Shown here: positions 37,925-50,531 of the stretch, in pieces
How the letters are laid out: every line of letters starts with the position of its first letter
Numbering within the stretch: the stretch's first letter is position 1
Source: Mobula hypostoma
Lineage: Eukaryota
Reading direction: 5' to 3'
NCBI RefSeq assembly: GCF_963921235.1
Contig: NC_086108.1
Span: 21,080,001 to 21,144,000 of the forward strand
DNA: 64,000 nucleotides
Translations under genes and position numbers: made by a program
Notes under the pieces: generated by a model
The model's input: the letters and a program-made list of their open reading frames with translations, nothing else
Database searches by the model: none
What the model was told of the DNA's origin: nothing

Positions 37925-38495
37925 TATAAGACCATAAGACATAAGTCTAGAATTAGGCCATTTGACCCATCAATTCTGCTCCGCCGTTTCATCATGGCTG
38001 ATCCAGTTCCCTCTCAGTCCCAGTCTCCTGCCTTCTTCCCGTGTCCCCTCATGGCCTGGCTAATCAAGAATCAATCAACCTGTTCATTAAACATACCAAA
38101 TGACTTGGCCTGCACAACCACCTGAGGCAGCAAATTCCACAGTTTCACCACTCCCTGACTATAGAAATTACCCTTCATCTCCATTCTAAATAGACATCCG
38201 TTGTTCTGAGGGTGTGTCCTCTGGTCTTGGACCCCTTTAGAACAGAAAATAAGAGGAAATTCTAAGCCAGAGGGAGCTGAATCTGTGAAATTCATTGCCA
38301 CAGACAGCTGTGGCGGCCAAGGATGCAGCATACGTAAAGCAAAAGTCTTTGATTAGTATGAGCGTCAAAGATAAAGGGGAGAGACAGGAGAATGGGATTG
38401 AGAGGGAAAGTAAATCAGCCACGATCAACTGGAAGAGAAGACTCGATGGGCCAAATGGCCTAATTCTGCTCCTATTCTTATGGCTTTATGGATTA
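37925..38495. mobile_element. Two CR1 3'-end fragments in opposite orientation
   Basis: Minus-strand tail ataagaccataagacat at the left; plus-strand tail cctattcttatggctttatg at the right. Confidence 0.7.
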
Positions 38496-38738
38496 ATTTA
38501 GCTTCTTGCAGATAAGGTTCTGCAGAGTTAAATTGGAGAACTAGACAGCAGGTTAAAATGCAGCAACACACACAAACTGCTGGAGGAACTCAATGGTTTC
38601 AAAGTTCAAAGTAAATTTATTATTAAAATACATTTACAGTATGTCACCATATACAACCATGAGATTAATTTTCTTGCAGGCATACTCAATAAATCCATAA
38701 TAAAGTAATAACCCATAACAGAATCAATGATAGACCAC

Positions 38739-39385
38739 ATTAGATTAGATTATGAGGACACACAGTCCTCTTTTATTGTCATTTAGTAATGCATGCATTA
38801 AGAAATGATACAATGTTTTTCCAGAATGGTATCACAGAAACACACGACAAACCAACTTAAAAACTAACAAAAACCACATAATTATAACATATAGTTACAA
38901 CAGTGCAAACCAATACTGTAATTTGATAAGAACAGACCATGGGCACGGTAAAAGTCTCAAAGTCTCTCGAAATTCCCATCATCTCACGCAGATGGTAAAC
39001 CTCCAGTGCCGCAAACTTACCAATGCAGCATCCTGGAAGCATCCGACCACAGTCCGACTCTGAGTCCGTCCGAAAACTCCAAGCCTCCGACCAGCTCTCC
39101 GACACCGAGCACCGAGCACCATCTATGCCGAGCACTTCGACCCCAGTCCCGGTAACAGGCAATAGGCAAAGCCGGAGATTTGGGGCCTTCCCCTCCAGAG
39201 ATTCTCAATCGCACAGTAGCAGCGGCAGCGAAGCGGGCATTTCAGAAGTTTCTCCAGGTGTTCCTCCGTGCTTCTTCACGTGTGTCTCCATCAAATCAGG
39301 ATTGTGCACGGCATCCTACTTCAGAAATACGGTATCATTCGGAACAGCCGTGCGCGCTGCGTCACGCCACCATCTTCTCCTCCCT
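38739..39385 (-). mobile_element. Non-coding retroposon inserted in a Rex1-type 3' fragment (38599-39690)
   Basis: Tail (attag)n with tttattgtcattt; CpG-rich head gggaggagaagatggtggcg; acatta at both junctions. Confidence 0.6.
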
Positions 39386-40121
39386 CAGACTCAACATTAA
39401 CTGGGTGTTCAACCAGTATTCAAAAGACAACAAACTATGCAAATACAAAAAGAAAGAAAGAGAAATAAATAAGCAATAATTATGGAGACCATGGGTCCTT
39501 GAACGTGAGGTTGTGAGAACACTTCACTGATGGGGAAAGTGATCTTGAGTGAAGATATCCCCTTTGGTTCAAGAACCTGGTGGTTGAGGGTAATAACTGT
39601 TCCTGAACCTGGCAGTGTGAGTCCTGTACCTTCTTCCAGCATCAGCACGAACAGAATATGACCTGTGTGGTGAGTCGCCCTGCTGATGTTCAGGTAGTAT
39701 CAATGGAATGAAATGAACAATCAACATTTCAGGTCGAGATCCAGCATCTGCAGAATCTCTTGTGTCTCAGGTTAAAAGGCAGGACCTCAAGGGCTATGGT
39801 TGAAATTTCATGTCGAAACCCTGCATCATATTTTTCTATGTGTTGCAATGAAATAATCACATCTGCAGTCTATTCAATATCATCATCTCATACACAGATC
39901 GGTTAATTTCAGATGGAAACCTATTTAGGTGATCAGGAAGAAGGACTGAAAATTGAATGCCAATCATGTGACGGGGGGTGTTACGGATTATTCTGGAGTA
40001 ATGAAATAATGGATAGTATCATTAAGGAGGAATCTAGTCTTCAAGAAATAAAACCTGTTCTCAATTCAACTTCAGTTGATAATATAAGGCGATTGAAACT
40101 ATTCATTAGGTGTGGGACATT

Positions 40122-41368
40122 CTGGTCCTGATGAAGGGTCTCGGCCCAAAACATTCACTGTTTTCACTTCCATAGATGCTGCCTGACCTGCTGAGTTCCT
40201 CCAGAATTTTGTAAGTGTTACTCTAGATTTCCAGCATCTGCAGAATATCTTGTGCGTACTATTCCAAAACATCTGAGATATCCTCCTTCAGCAAACGGCA
40301 TTTCCCTTTCACCATCTTTGATGCTGCTTTTACTCATATCTCCTCCATTTTCCACACGCCTGCCTCTCCCCATCTTCCCACCACCATAATGGGGTTAAAG
40401 TTGCCTCGTTCTTACCTGCCACCACATGAGCCTCCATAGCCTGCACATCATTCTCCGTAACTTCCACCATCTTCAACAGGACGCTACTACTAAGCCTTTC
40501 TTTTCCTGCCCCACCCCCACTGTCCGCTTTCCGCAGGGATTGCTCTCTATGTGACTCCCTTGTCCATTTGTCCCTCTCCACTGACCTTCCTTTTGGCATT
40601 TATCCCTGCAAATGGAACAAGTGCTACACCTGCCCCTACACCTCCTCCCTCACTTTCATTCAGGACCCCAAACAGTCTTGCCAAGTGAGGCAATATTTCA
40701 CCTGCAAGTTTGTTGGGATCATCTGTTGCATGGAGTGCTCCCAGTACGACCTCCTCTACATCCGAGAGGCCCGACATAGATTAGGGAACCGATTTATTGA
40801 GCATCTTCACTCCGCCACAAAAGGCAAGTTTTCCCATGACTACCTACTTCAGTTCGACTTCCCATTCCAACATATCAGTCCATGGCTGCCTCTACTGTTA
40901 CAATCTCAGGTTGGAGGGGCAGTACCTCATATTCCATCAGATAGCCTCCAGCCTGATGATATGAACATTGATTTTTCTAACTAGTATTTTCTCCTGCTTC
41001 CCTCTTCTCTCTTTTTCCATTCCTTATTCTGGCTCCCCCTTACCCGTCTCTTCTCCTCAACTGCCTATCACCTTCCTTGGTACCCTTTCATCCCTAATTC
41101 TCATGGTCCACTATCCTTTCTCTCAGATTCCTTCTTCTTCATCCCTTTACTTCTTCTGCCTACCACCTTCCAGCATCTCACTTCATCCCCCTCCCCCATC
41201 TTCCGCCTTGCCTAGTTTCATCAATCACCTGTCAACTTGTACTCCTTCTCCTCACCCACATTCTTATTTCAACTTCTCCCCCTTCCTTTCTAGACCTGAT
41301 GAAGGATCTCGCTCCGAAGCCTAATCTGTTTATTCCTCTCCACAGATACTGCGTGACCTACTGAATTC
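40122..41368 (+). mobile_element. Penelope-like element 3' part flanked by terminal repeats; last repeat continues at 48474-48537
   Basis: GIY-YIG-region remnant QVRQYFTCKFVGIICCMECSQYDLLYIREA; hammerhead remnants at ~40125 and ~41295. Confidence 0.82.
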
Positions 41369-44300
41369 TATTGTGTTTTTAATAATTCGGTAATACTTGA
41401 GTAACATTGTAAATATATTGTTTGATTAAGCATCCTTGTTTATTTAAATAATTCATTACAAGTTATATGTAACAGTGTGTAAATGGTACATGTCATCACA
41501 CTGCTCTGTCATATGTGCATACCTCACAAAGTAAAAATAAGGTTTGCACATATCTCTCAGACTCCCTTGTTTTTCTTTCAGTTAGTTTTATGTTACAAAA
41601 CATAACAGTGGCAACAAGAAAATTTTAAACAAACTCAAGATGACTACTTAGCTGTTGAGGCACAGTGGTATGTTCAAGCTTTTAGAAAGCGCAGCAAGAA
41701 ACGGCCGTGAAAAAAACAGCGTAGCATGAGCTTCTTCAGGGAGAGACAAAGACTACAAAAAAGGCAGAAATTAGACAAAGTCATGGGTTCATAAACAGTG
41801 AACACCAGGTGATAACAATCATAAATTATAGTCTAAAAAAAAGTAGAAATGGCTGGCTACATCAGAAAGATAGGTGCATTTGATTACACAAGAAAAAACT
41901 GATAATGCAAACACAAGAAAATCTGCAGATGCTGGAAATCCAAGGCAACATACACAAAATGTCAGAGGAACTCAGCAGGTCAGGCAGCATCTGCGGAAAG
42001 GAATAAACAGCTGACATTTCAGCCATGACCCATCATCAGGACTGGATATTACATACTGAGCTGTATTTTGAAGCAAATGAAATAGCCAATGAAAAGCAAG
42101 TGCTGCTTTTCCTGAGTGCAATACAGTTTACTTAGAAGTTTAATTGCTCAAACCAAATCAATCAAAATGAGCTTTGCTGATATCGTGAAAGTAATGCAGG
42201 AATATTTAGAACCAAAACCATTGCAGATTGCAGAACACTTTGGGTTTCAATCAAAAGGAAGGGGATCCACTTCAGCTCACATAGCTGAATTGAAGAAATT
42301 GTCTGAGCATTGTCAGTTCAGTAATGGGCTTAATGATGTATTGAGAGATCATTTAGTTTGTAGGAACTTGCAAGAAAGCATTCAAAAACGGCTCCTAACT
42401 GAAGCACATTTTAAAAGAGCAGCTGAAATTGCTGTAGCAATAGCAACAGCAGACAGCGATACAATTGAGTTACAGTCAGGAATGAAAGTGAGCGTGAACA
42501 AAACTGCAATGTCTAAACAGAAATCTGCCTGGCCGAACAAGTTTTGTTACTGTTGTGGCAGGGCTCACATGCACCAGAACAATACAGGTTTAAAGACGAA
42601 ACTTTGCAGAAAAATGCAACAGCGCAGGACACATACAAAGAACATGTCCAGCAGACAAAAATGAATGGACTGCACAGGGAAGAGATAAAGATAAAAAGTC
42701 AAGTTGCAGTTTCAACTAATCTACATGTTGTTGATGAAGAATCAGATAATGACACAGTAATGGGTAGTTTGAGATTTACAATATGAAAAATAACACTAGA
42801 CAAGCAATATGGCTATACCAGAAGTGAATGGCATATTAATTAAAATGGAATTGGATACTAGCTCAGCTGTTTCAGTCATTCCACAAAATGAGTTTGAACA
42901 GCATTTCAAAGATACTGAATTAAAACCTGCAAATATCCGACTAAGAACTCATACTAGAGAAAAGATAACTCCAGTGGGAATGACATTTGTAACAGTGATA
43001 TACAACAACAAACAAGCCGCATTGGGCTTGTATGTGGTAAAAACAGGAGGACCAGTGTGGGAATGTGAGTGACTGAGACAATTACAACTTGATTGGTGAT
43101 CCATCTATCATTTGCCTGCCACAATCCCTGTGATAGTAACTGAAAGCGAATTAAGAAAGGCACTGAGTGATGCCACAGTAGTGTTTAAGTATAGCTTTGA
43201 AAAACTCAAACATATTAGGGGTAAGATAGTGTTAAATGAAAAAGCCACAGCCAAGTTTTACAAAGCCTGTCTAATTCCTCATACTATTCATGATAAAGTA
43301 GCCGGTGAGCTAGATCACATGGAGACTAAGAAAATTCTTTCCAAGGTTGAGTGGAGCCCACAGGCAATGTCAGTGGTCCCAGTAGCCAAGAAGAATGGGT
43401 CTATAAGGATCTGTGGTGATTTTAAGGTCACCATCAAACCAGTACTGAAAGTAGATCAGTACCCTCTGCCCAGGACAGAGGATATATTTTCAAACCTTTC
43501 TGGAAAAAAACACTTTAGCAAAGTGGACTTAGCTGAGGCCTACTTACAGATAGAGATGGAAGAAGAGTCCAAAGTGCTTTTCACCACACTCAAAAAAGAG
43601 CTTTATCGCTATAACAGGCTTATTTTTGGAGTAGCTTCTGCACCTACACTCTAGCTGAAAGCTATGGATCAAGTGCTGCAAGGCTGCCCTGGCACTCAGT
43701 GTTAACTACATGACATTATTGTTACTGGTGAGAATAACGAGGAACATCTCCAAGATCTCAAGACAGTGTTAAAAAGATAAAAAGATTATGGGCTCAAAGC
43801 ACAATGCAACAAGTGTGAATTCTTTAAACCAAGTATCACTTACTGTGGTCACACCACAGATGCACAAGAATTACACAAGTGTGCTGAGAAAATTCAACCA
43901 GTGGTGGATGTCTCAAGGCCAAAGAACATGTCACAGTTGCAGTCCTTTTTAGGATTTGTCAATTACTATAGCTGTCATGGTCCGGTCTGTGAAGTCCGCA
44001 TTCTGGTTCATGGTCTGGTCCGTGGACTCAGGACTCCGGGTCTTCCAGCTGTCCCTTGTTTGAGTTAATCATTGGCATCTGATTCCCATCTTTGGGCTTG
44101 CAATATAAATAGCCTTGGGATTGAGTGTGGGCTGCTGGTTTGTCTTGTCAGTTCCCCTTGGAGCAACCTGCTGATGTAACCATTTGTGATTGCTAGGCCT
44201 GGTTGGAGGACCACTGCTTCATGGAGCCTTGTTGCCACTTGTAGCAGTAGTCTTTGCAGTATGGATATGGCTGTTTCCCGGGCCAGCTGAGTGGCTGCCA

Positions 44301-44424
44301 GCCACTCTGAGCTAGGTAGGGATCCAGCTGTTTCTGTAGCCAGCTGAGGTTGCTGGCTGAACTGAGACTTGGAGCTACCCTGGTGCAGAGATGGAACTGT
44401 CTGTTGTTCTTTGGTGTTTGTCTC

Positions 44425-44730
44425 TTCTTGTCCTCGCCTCTGTGGGGTAAGTCAGGCCATCTTGCCGTTGCCCCGTTGGGGGTCATGTCTTGGCTTGTCT
44501 TTGCCTCCATGGTAAGTCAGGCCATTTTGCCATTGCCCTGCGGGGGGGTCATGTCTTGTCTTGTCCCACTCCTCTGTGGGGTAAGTCAGGCCGTCTTGCT
44601 GTTGCCCTGCGTAGGGTCATGTCATCTTGTCCTCGCCTCTGTGGGGTAAGTCATGCTGTCTTGCCATTGTCCTGCGGGTGGACATGTCTTGTCTTGTCTT
44701 TGCCTCTGTTGGGTAAGTCTGGCCATCCTG
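44425..44730 (+). repeat. Degenerate ~66-bp tandem repeat, about 5 units
   Basis: GTAAGT recurs at 44447, 44512, 44581, 44646 and 44713. Confidence 0.8.
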
Positions 44731-44919
44731 CTGTTACCCAACAGATGAACCTGTCCCACCTTGGTGTGGAGAAGTTGGGTCCCAGCTTGTCTTAGGATAA
44801 GTCCCGGCTCTGTCTATGTTCTGTCCTGTCTCATGTTACTGTCGTGTTAAAGGTGAGCCTGGCTCGTCGAAGGATAAGTCCCAGCTCTATGTTGATGTTT
44901 AGTTCCCAGTCTATGTCTG

Positions 44920-46095
44920 AGCTCCTGGAACCCGAGCCTCGACGACCCCACAGCCAAGCTCCTGGAACCCGAGCCTCGACGACCCCGCAGCCAAGCTCCT
45001 GGAACCCGAGCCTCGACGACCCCGCAGCCAAGCTCCAGGAACCCGAGCCTCGACGACCCCGCAGCCAAGCTCCTGGAACCCGAGCCTCGACGACCCCGCA
45101 GCCAAGCTCCAGGAACCCGAGCCTCGACGACCCCGCAGCCAAGCTCCTGGAACCCGAGCCTCGACGACCCCGCAGCCAAGCTCCAGGAACCCGAGCCTCG
45201 ACGACCCCGCAGCCAAGCTCCTGGAACCCGAGCCTCGACGACCCCGCAGCCAAGCTCCTGGAACCCGAGCCTCGACGACCCCGCAGCCAAGCTCCTGGAA
45301 CCCGAGCCTCGACGACCCCGCAGCCAAGCTCCTGGAACCCGAGCCTCGACGACCCCGCAGCCAAGCTCCTGGAACCCGAGCCTCGACGACCCCGCAGCCA
45401 AGCTCCTGGAACCCGAGCCTCGACGACCCCGCAGCCAAGCTCCTGGAACCCGAGCCTCGACGACCCCGCAGCCAAGCTCCTGGAACCCGAGCCTCGACGA
45501 CCCCTCAGCCAAGCTCCTGGAACCCGAGCCTCGACGACCCCGCAGCCAAGCTCCAGGAACCCGAGCCTCGACGACCCCGCAGCCAAGCTCCTGGAACCCG
45601 AGCCTCGACGACCCCGCAGCCAAGCTCCTGGAACCCGAGCCTCGACGACCCCGCAGCCAAGCTCCTGGAACCCGAGCCTCGACGACCCCGCAGCCAAGCT
45701 CCTGGAACCCGAGCCTCGACGACCCCGCAGCCAAGCTCCTGGAACCCGAGCCTCGACGACCCCGCAGCCAAGCTCCTGGAACCCGAGCCTCGACGACCCC
45801 GCAGCCAAGCTCCAGGAACCCGAGCCTCGACGACCCCGCAGCCAAGCTCCTGGAACCCGAGCCTCGACGACCCCGCAGCCAAGCTCCTGGAACCCGAGCC
45901 TCGACGACCCCGCAGCCAAGCTCCTGGAACCCGAGCCTCGACGACCCCGCAGCCAAGCTCCTGGAACCCGAGCCTCGACGACCCCGCAGCCAAGCTCCTG
46001 GAACCCGAGCCTCGACGACCCCGCAGCCAAGCTCCAGGAACCCGAGCCTCGACGACCCCGCAGCCAAGCTCCTGGAACCCGAGCCTCGACGACCC
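44920..46095. repeat. 37-bp minisatellite, ~32 near-identical copies
   Basis: Unit gcagccaagctcc(t/a)ggaacccgagcctcgacgacccc, with no spacers. Confidence 0.97.
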
Positions 46096-49000
46096 AAGAC
46101 CCCAGCCTCAAGCCATGTCATGTCCTTGCCTGGTTCTGGAGTTCAAGCCCGAGGCAAGATCCAAGTTCTGGGTCCTTGTCCAGTCTCGGGCTCGGAGTCC
46201 AAGTCTTGTCTCCTAGTCCATGGTTCCTAGTCCTGGCCCCACTTTCCCTAGCCCAAGTCTGCACTATTGTCCCTGCTCCTGGTCTGAATCCTGTCATGTC
46301 CCTACTCTAGTCAAGTCCTGTTCCTTGTACTTCAGTCTCTGTGTTTTGCATTTGGGTCCGTTCCCAGCACCCCCATGTGACAATAGCAGGTTTGTGCCAG
46401 ACTTGGCTACTGTGCTCCACCCTTTGAACTCATTACTACAGATCAGAAAGAAATGGCAATGGACAAAGCAGTGAGAGGTGGCTTTCCAAAAGACAAAGAA
46501 AATGCTGACATCAGACACTGTACTCACACATTATGATCCACATTGTCCAGTGAAGCTTTCCTGTGATGTCTCGCCTGATGGTATAGGTGCAGTCATGTTA
46601 CATGTTTTGAGTGATGGAAGTGAATGTCTTTGCATCTCTATCCCTTACCACTGCAGAAAAAAAATATGCACAGATTGACAGAGGGGCCTTGAATCTCGTT
46701 TTGGGGTCTAAAAAGGTTCAACCACTAATTGTATGGGACAGAATTTACACTTATTAATGCTCATCAACCACTGGTGCCCATTTTCAATCCACAGAACCAT
46801 GTTCCACTAACAGCAGCAGGGATGGGCTCTGTTTCTTGGAGGACACAATTACAAGATTGAATTCAAGAGGATGACTAATCATAGATAGACTGTCCTGTTT
46901 ATTCTTGGAACAGGAAATACCTGAAAAATTTACAAAAGAGGACACTCTCCTTAACATATTCTCCCTATTATGGCAGAAGTGACCCAAAGGGAAACAGAAA
47001 AGACCCCACACTGAATCAGGTCAATATGGTAACCCAAAATTGCTGGAATGTGCAGCAGAAACTCCAGTTCCCCCATTTTTAGCAGCACCAGAATGACCTT
47101 GCTCTTGGCAGAGGTTGCCTTATGTGGGGATTGAGAGTTATACTATCCAAGCTGAAAGCTAAAATGTTGGAGGAGCTACATACCAGTCCTCTGGGCATGG
47201 TCAAAATTAAAGCTTTGGCTCAAAGTTTTGTCTGTTGGCCTGGCACAAATCAGCAGATCAAGCAGCTTGCCATGCACTGTTCAGGATGCCAACATGTTTG
47301 GAAGATGCCAAGAGCAGTGCTTCTCTATCCCTGGGAATGGCCTGCATTGCCCTGGCAGAGAATTCATGTGGATTTTGCCTGACCATTCATTGGCATAAAT
47401 TTCTTGATAGTAGTGGATGCAGCTGCAAAGTGGTCAGAAGTTTTCCTAATAGTCTCCACTACCACCTCGCAGACTGCTGAAGTGTTGAAAATCCTCTTCT
47501 CCAGGACTACTGTTCCAGAACACGCAGTCAGTGACAATGGGCCACAGTTTATTGTGGAACAGCTTTAGTTATTCCTGTAAATGAATGGAGTAAGACAGAT
47601 TACATTTGGACCATACCACCCAGCTACAAATACTTGGAGGAAAGGTTTGTCCAGAATCTAAAGAACACACTATTCTAACACTGAATCAAAAGCTTACCAA
47701 TTTCCCCCTTGCATATCACAATGCAGCACACTCCACAACCAACAACCCACTAGCCATGCAGTTCCTAGGTCGTCCCCTGCATTCGCACTTGTATCTCCTC
47801 AAACCCAATCTCAGAAGGAATATACAGGACAAACAGCCGAGACAAATTGAAAGCTCCTCAAACAAAGAGGTTCGATGTTTTGCTCCTGGACAAGCAACCC
47901 TGGTGAGGGACTACAGGGGTGATCAAAAAAGTGGGTACTCAGAAAGATTAAGGACAGAAGTGGGCCACTCTTCTACACAGTGGAGATTGCATCTGATGTC
48001 ATCTGGAGATGACACATTGATCAGATGAGGAAAAAGAGTCAATTGCTAGAGAAGAAATGTGATCACAGCTGTCAGAACCACTTCCTGTAGTCCCAAAGTC
48101 AACTCCTACAACACCACAGAGGGGGCCCCAGAACTTGAGTTTGAGATTTTATATGTATGTGTGTGTTGATACATTCTATATTGAATTGGAGTTTATAGCT
48201 GAGCAGGGAGGAGTGTGGTATATTTAATATTTCAGTATACAGTAACTGAGTAATATTATAAATACATTGATTAAACATTCTTGTTTATTTAATTAGTTCA
48301 TTACAGGTTATATGTAAAAGTATGTGAAAGGCATACGTCATCTTGGCACTGCGTCATACATGCGCACCTCACTTAAAGTAAAAATGAAGTTTGCATGCAT
48401 CTTTCGGGCTCCCTTATTTTTTTTCCAATTAGTTTTGTGTTTTGGAGTTATAAAACATAACTCCAAAACATAAATTCTTTCAGCATTTCATGTGTGTTGC
48501 TTAAGGTCTCCAGCTTCTGCAGAACCTCTTGTGTTTATGATTAAGTGACCATATTCTGTTTTCGCCAACTGTGAAAGGCCCTTCCCTGCCACCTAATGCA
48601 CAGTTCAGCACAGATCTGTTTAGTCAGTTAATACTCTTGTTATGTTTTATATTCAGGGAGCCATCTTAACAAAAGAGCTATAGCCTAAGTGTCTGGAGTT
48701 AGTGCTCAAAAGCTTTTGCAACAGACACCAGTATTGAATAATCAATGGGAGTATGCTAATTTGTAAATTGTAATTCTGCAAAGTTACTTGATTATATTCA
48801 AATAATTAAATGTAAGTGGTGATTATACCCATCAAAACTGTGGTTAATCATTTATTGTCATCTTTATGTTTAAAAAATATAAAGCATTGCGTCAGGAAAG
48901 TGAGAGTCTCTTAAACTCTTTCTCCAGCAGTTTGAGCTGTGCTTGCCCAATGGTTCTGAGATTGTTGCTCCCTCTAAAGATGAGAGTGGGGGCTGTAGGA

Positions 49001-50402
49001 AGGATGAGCAACTGAACTATGGCACTATGGTTCAGGGAGCTCTTCAAGAGGGGAGAGAGAAGAGAAATGTAGTTGTAATTGGGGATAGTATAGTTAGGGG
49101 AATAGACACAATTCTCTGTCAAAAAGATTGAGAATCCCAAAGGTTGTGTTGTCTGGCTGGTACCTGGGTTCAGGACATCCCATCAGACCTGCTGAGGAGC
49201 TTGGAGTGAGAGGGGAAGGGTCCAGTTGTCATGGTCCAAGTGGGCGCCAATGACATAGGGAGAACGAGGGAAGAGATTCCGCTGATGGAATTTGAGCAGC
49301 TGGAGGGTAAGTTAAAATATAGAACCAAAAAAGTCCTCTGGACTGTTACCTAGGCCATGTGCAAATTGGCAAAACGTTAATAGGATCAAAGAGAAAAATG
49401 CATGTGGCTGAGGTGGGTTTGAATACTGGAACATTGGGGAAGGAGGGAGCTGTCCCGATGTGATGGGCTCCACCTGAACCATGCTGGGACCAGGTTCCTG
49501 GTGAATCACCTAACTAGGGCTGTGGACAGGGCTTTAAGTAACTATGAGGGAAGTGGGTTCAATAGTTTCCAAAAGTGAGGATAAAGTAAAAGGAAAGGAG
49601 CGCACAGGAGAGGTTATGGAAGTCTACAGAATAAAGAAAAAGACAAATAGTTTAGAAGAGAATAAGAATTTAACTCTGGTATCATAGAGACAATGTTGAA
49701 AAAGGTGATAAATACAGGACTGAAGGTGTTATATTTGAATGCATGCAGTATATGAAGTAAGGTAGATAATCTTGTAGTGCAGTTAGAAAATGGCAGGTGT
49801 GACATTGTGAGTATCCTGAGTCGTGGTCGGAGGGAGATCACAGTTGGGATCTTAATATCCAAGGACAGGCAGGTGGGCAGAGGAGGTAGGGTGGCTGTGT
49901 TGGTAAAAATTGAAATCAAATGCTTAAGAGACATGGGATCAGAAGATGTAGAGTCCTTATGAACAGCATAAAGAAACTGTAGGGGTAAAAAGACAATGAT
50001 GGGAGTTAAAAAGAGGCCTCCGAACAGTAGCCAGGATGTGAGATATAAATTACAATGGGAGTTTGAGAGGTACAATGGGAGTTTACGACAGTGATGAAGG
50101 ATTTCAATATGAAGGTAGATTGAGAAAATCAGGTTTATACTGGATCCCAAGAGAAGGAATTTGTTGAATGCTTCTGTAATGGCTTTTTAGAGCAGCTTGT
50201 GGTTGAGCCCATGAGGGAAAAGGCATTTCTGGAGTGGGTGTTGTGTAATGAACCAGATTTGATTAAAGAGCTAAGGTGAAGGAACCCTTAGAAGGGAGTG
50301 ATCAAAACATGATAGAATTCACCTGCAATTTGAGAAGGAGAAGCTAAATTCAGATGTGTCAGTATTACAATGGAGTAAACGAAATTATAGCGGCATGAGA
50401 GA

Positions 50403-50531
50403 AAAACTCAGCAGGTCAGGAGGGAAGGAATAAACAGTCAATGTTTCGGGCTGAGACTCTTCATCAGGAGTAGAAACATTTTGTACGTGTTACTCTGGAT
50501 TTCTAGCATGAGCAGAATGTTTTGTGTTTAT
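50403..50531. mobile_element. Penelope terminal-repeat mini-insertion with a hammerhead motif and an 11-bp TSD
   Basis: TSD ggcatgagaga at 50392-50402 and 50532-50542; minus strand reads CTGATGA-agagtctcagccc-GAAA-catt-gactg. Confidence 0.75.

Larger units (their letters stand above)
43973..46382 (+). mobile_element. Long solo LTR, copy 1, inserted in the Gypsy pol
   Basis: TGTCA...TGACA termini; 5-bp TSD atagc at 43968-43972 and 46383-46387; homologous to 58157-61438. Confidence 0.88.
41369..48473 (+). mobile_element. Decayed Gypsy LTR retrotransposon (gag-PR-RT-RH-IN) with ~240-260-bp LTRs
   Basis: LTRs at ~41369-41607 and ~48214-48473; PBS-like tggcaac; PPT agcagggaggag; MELDTSSAVS, IRICGDFK, LSCDVSPDGIGAV and WQRIHVDFA; attc at both flanks. 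Confidence 0.88.

Noticed and set aside
37925..38495. Inverted CR1 ends as a functional hairpin or single twin-primed insertion
   Set aside because: Both halves have their own 3' tail and are diverged from each other; two independent insertions explain it.
39913..40131. 72-aa ATG ORF after a tttcag acceptor-like site
   Set aside because: No recognisable homology; it runs into a Penelope repeat and has no partner exons.
44920..46095. CRISPR-like array (37-bp unit)
   Set aside because: The units are directly adjacent with no unique spacers, there are no cas genes, and the context is a eukaryotic LTR.
44831..46310. 424-488-aa ORFs on both strands as host genes
   Set aside because: They arise from a stop-free 37-bp repeat; the longest lack ATG starts and none has a recognisable domain.
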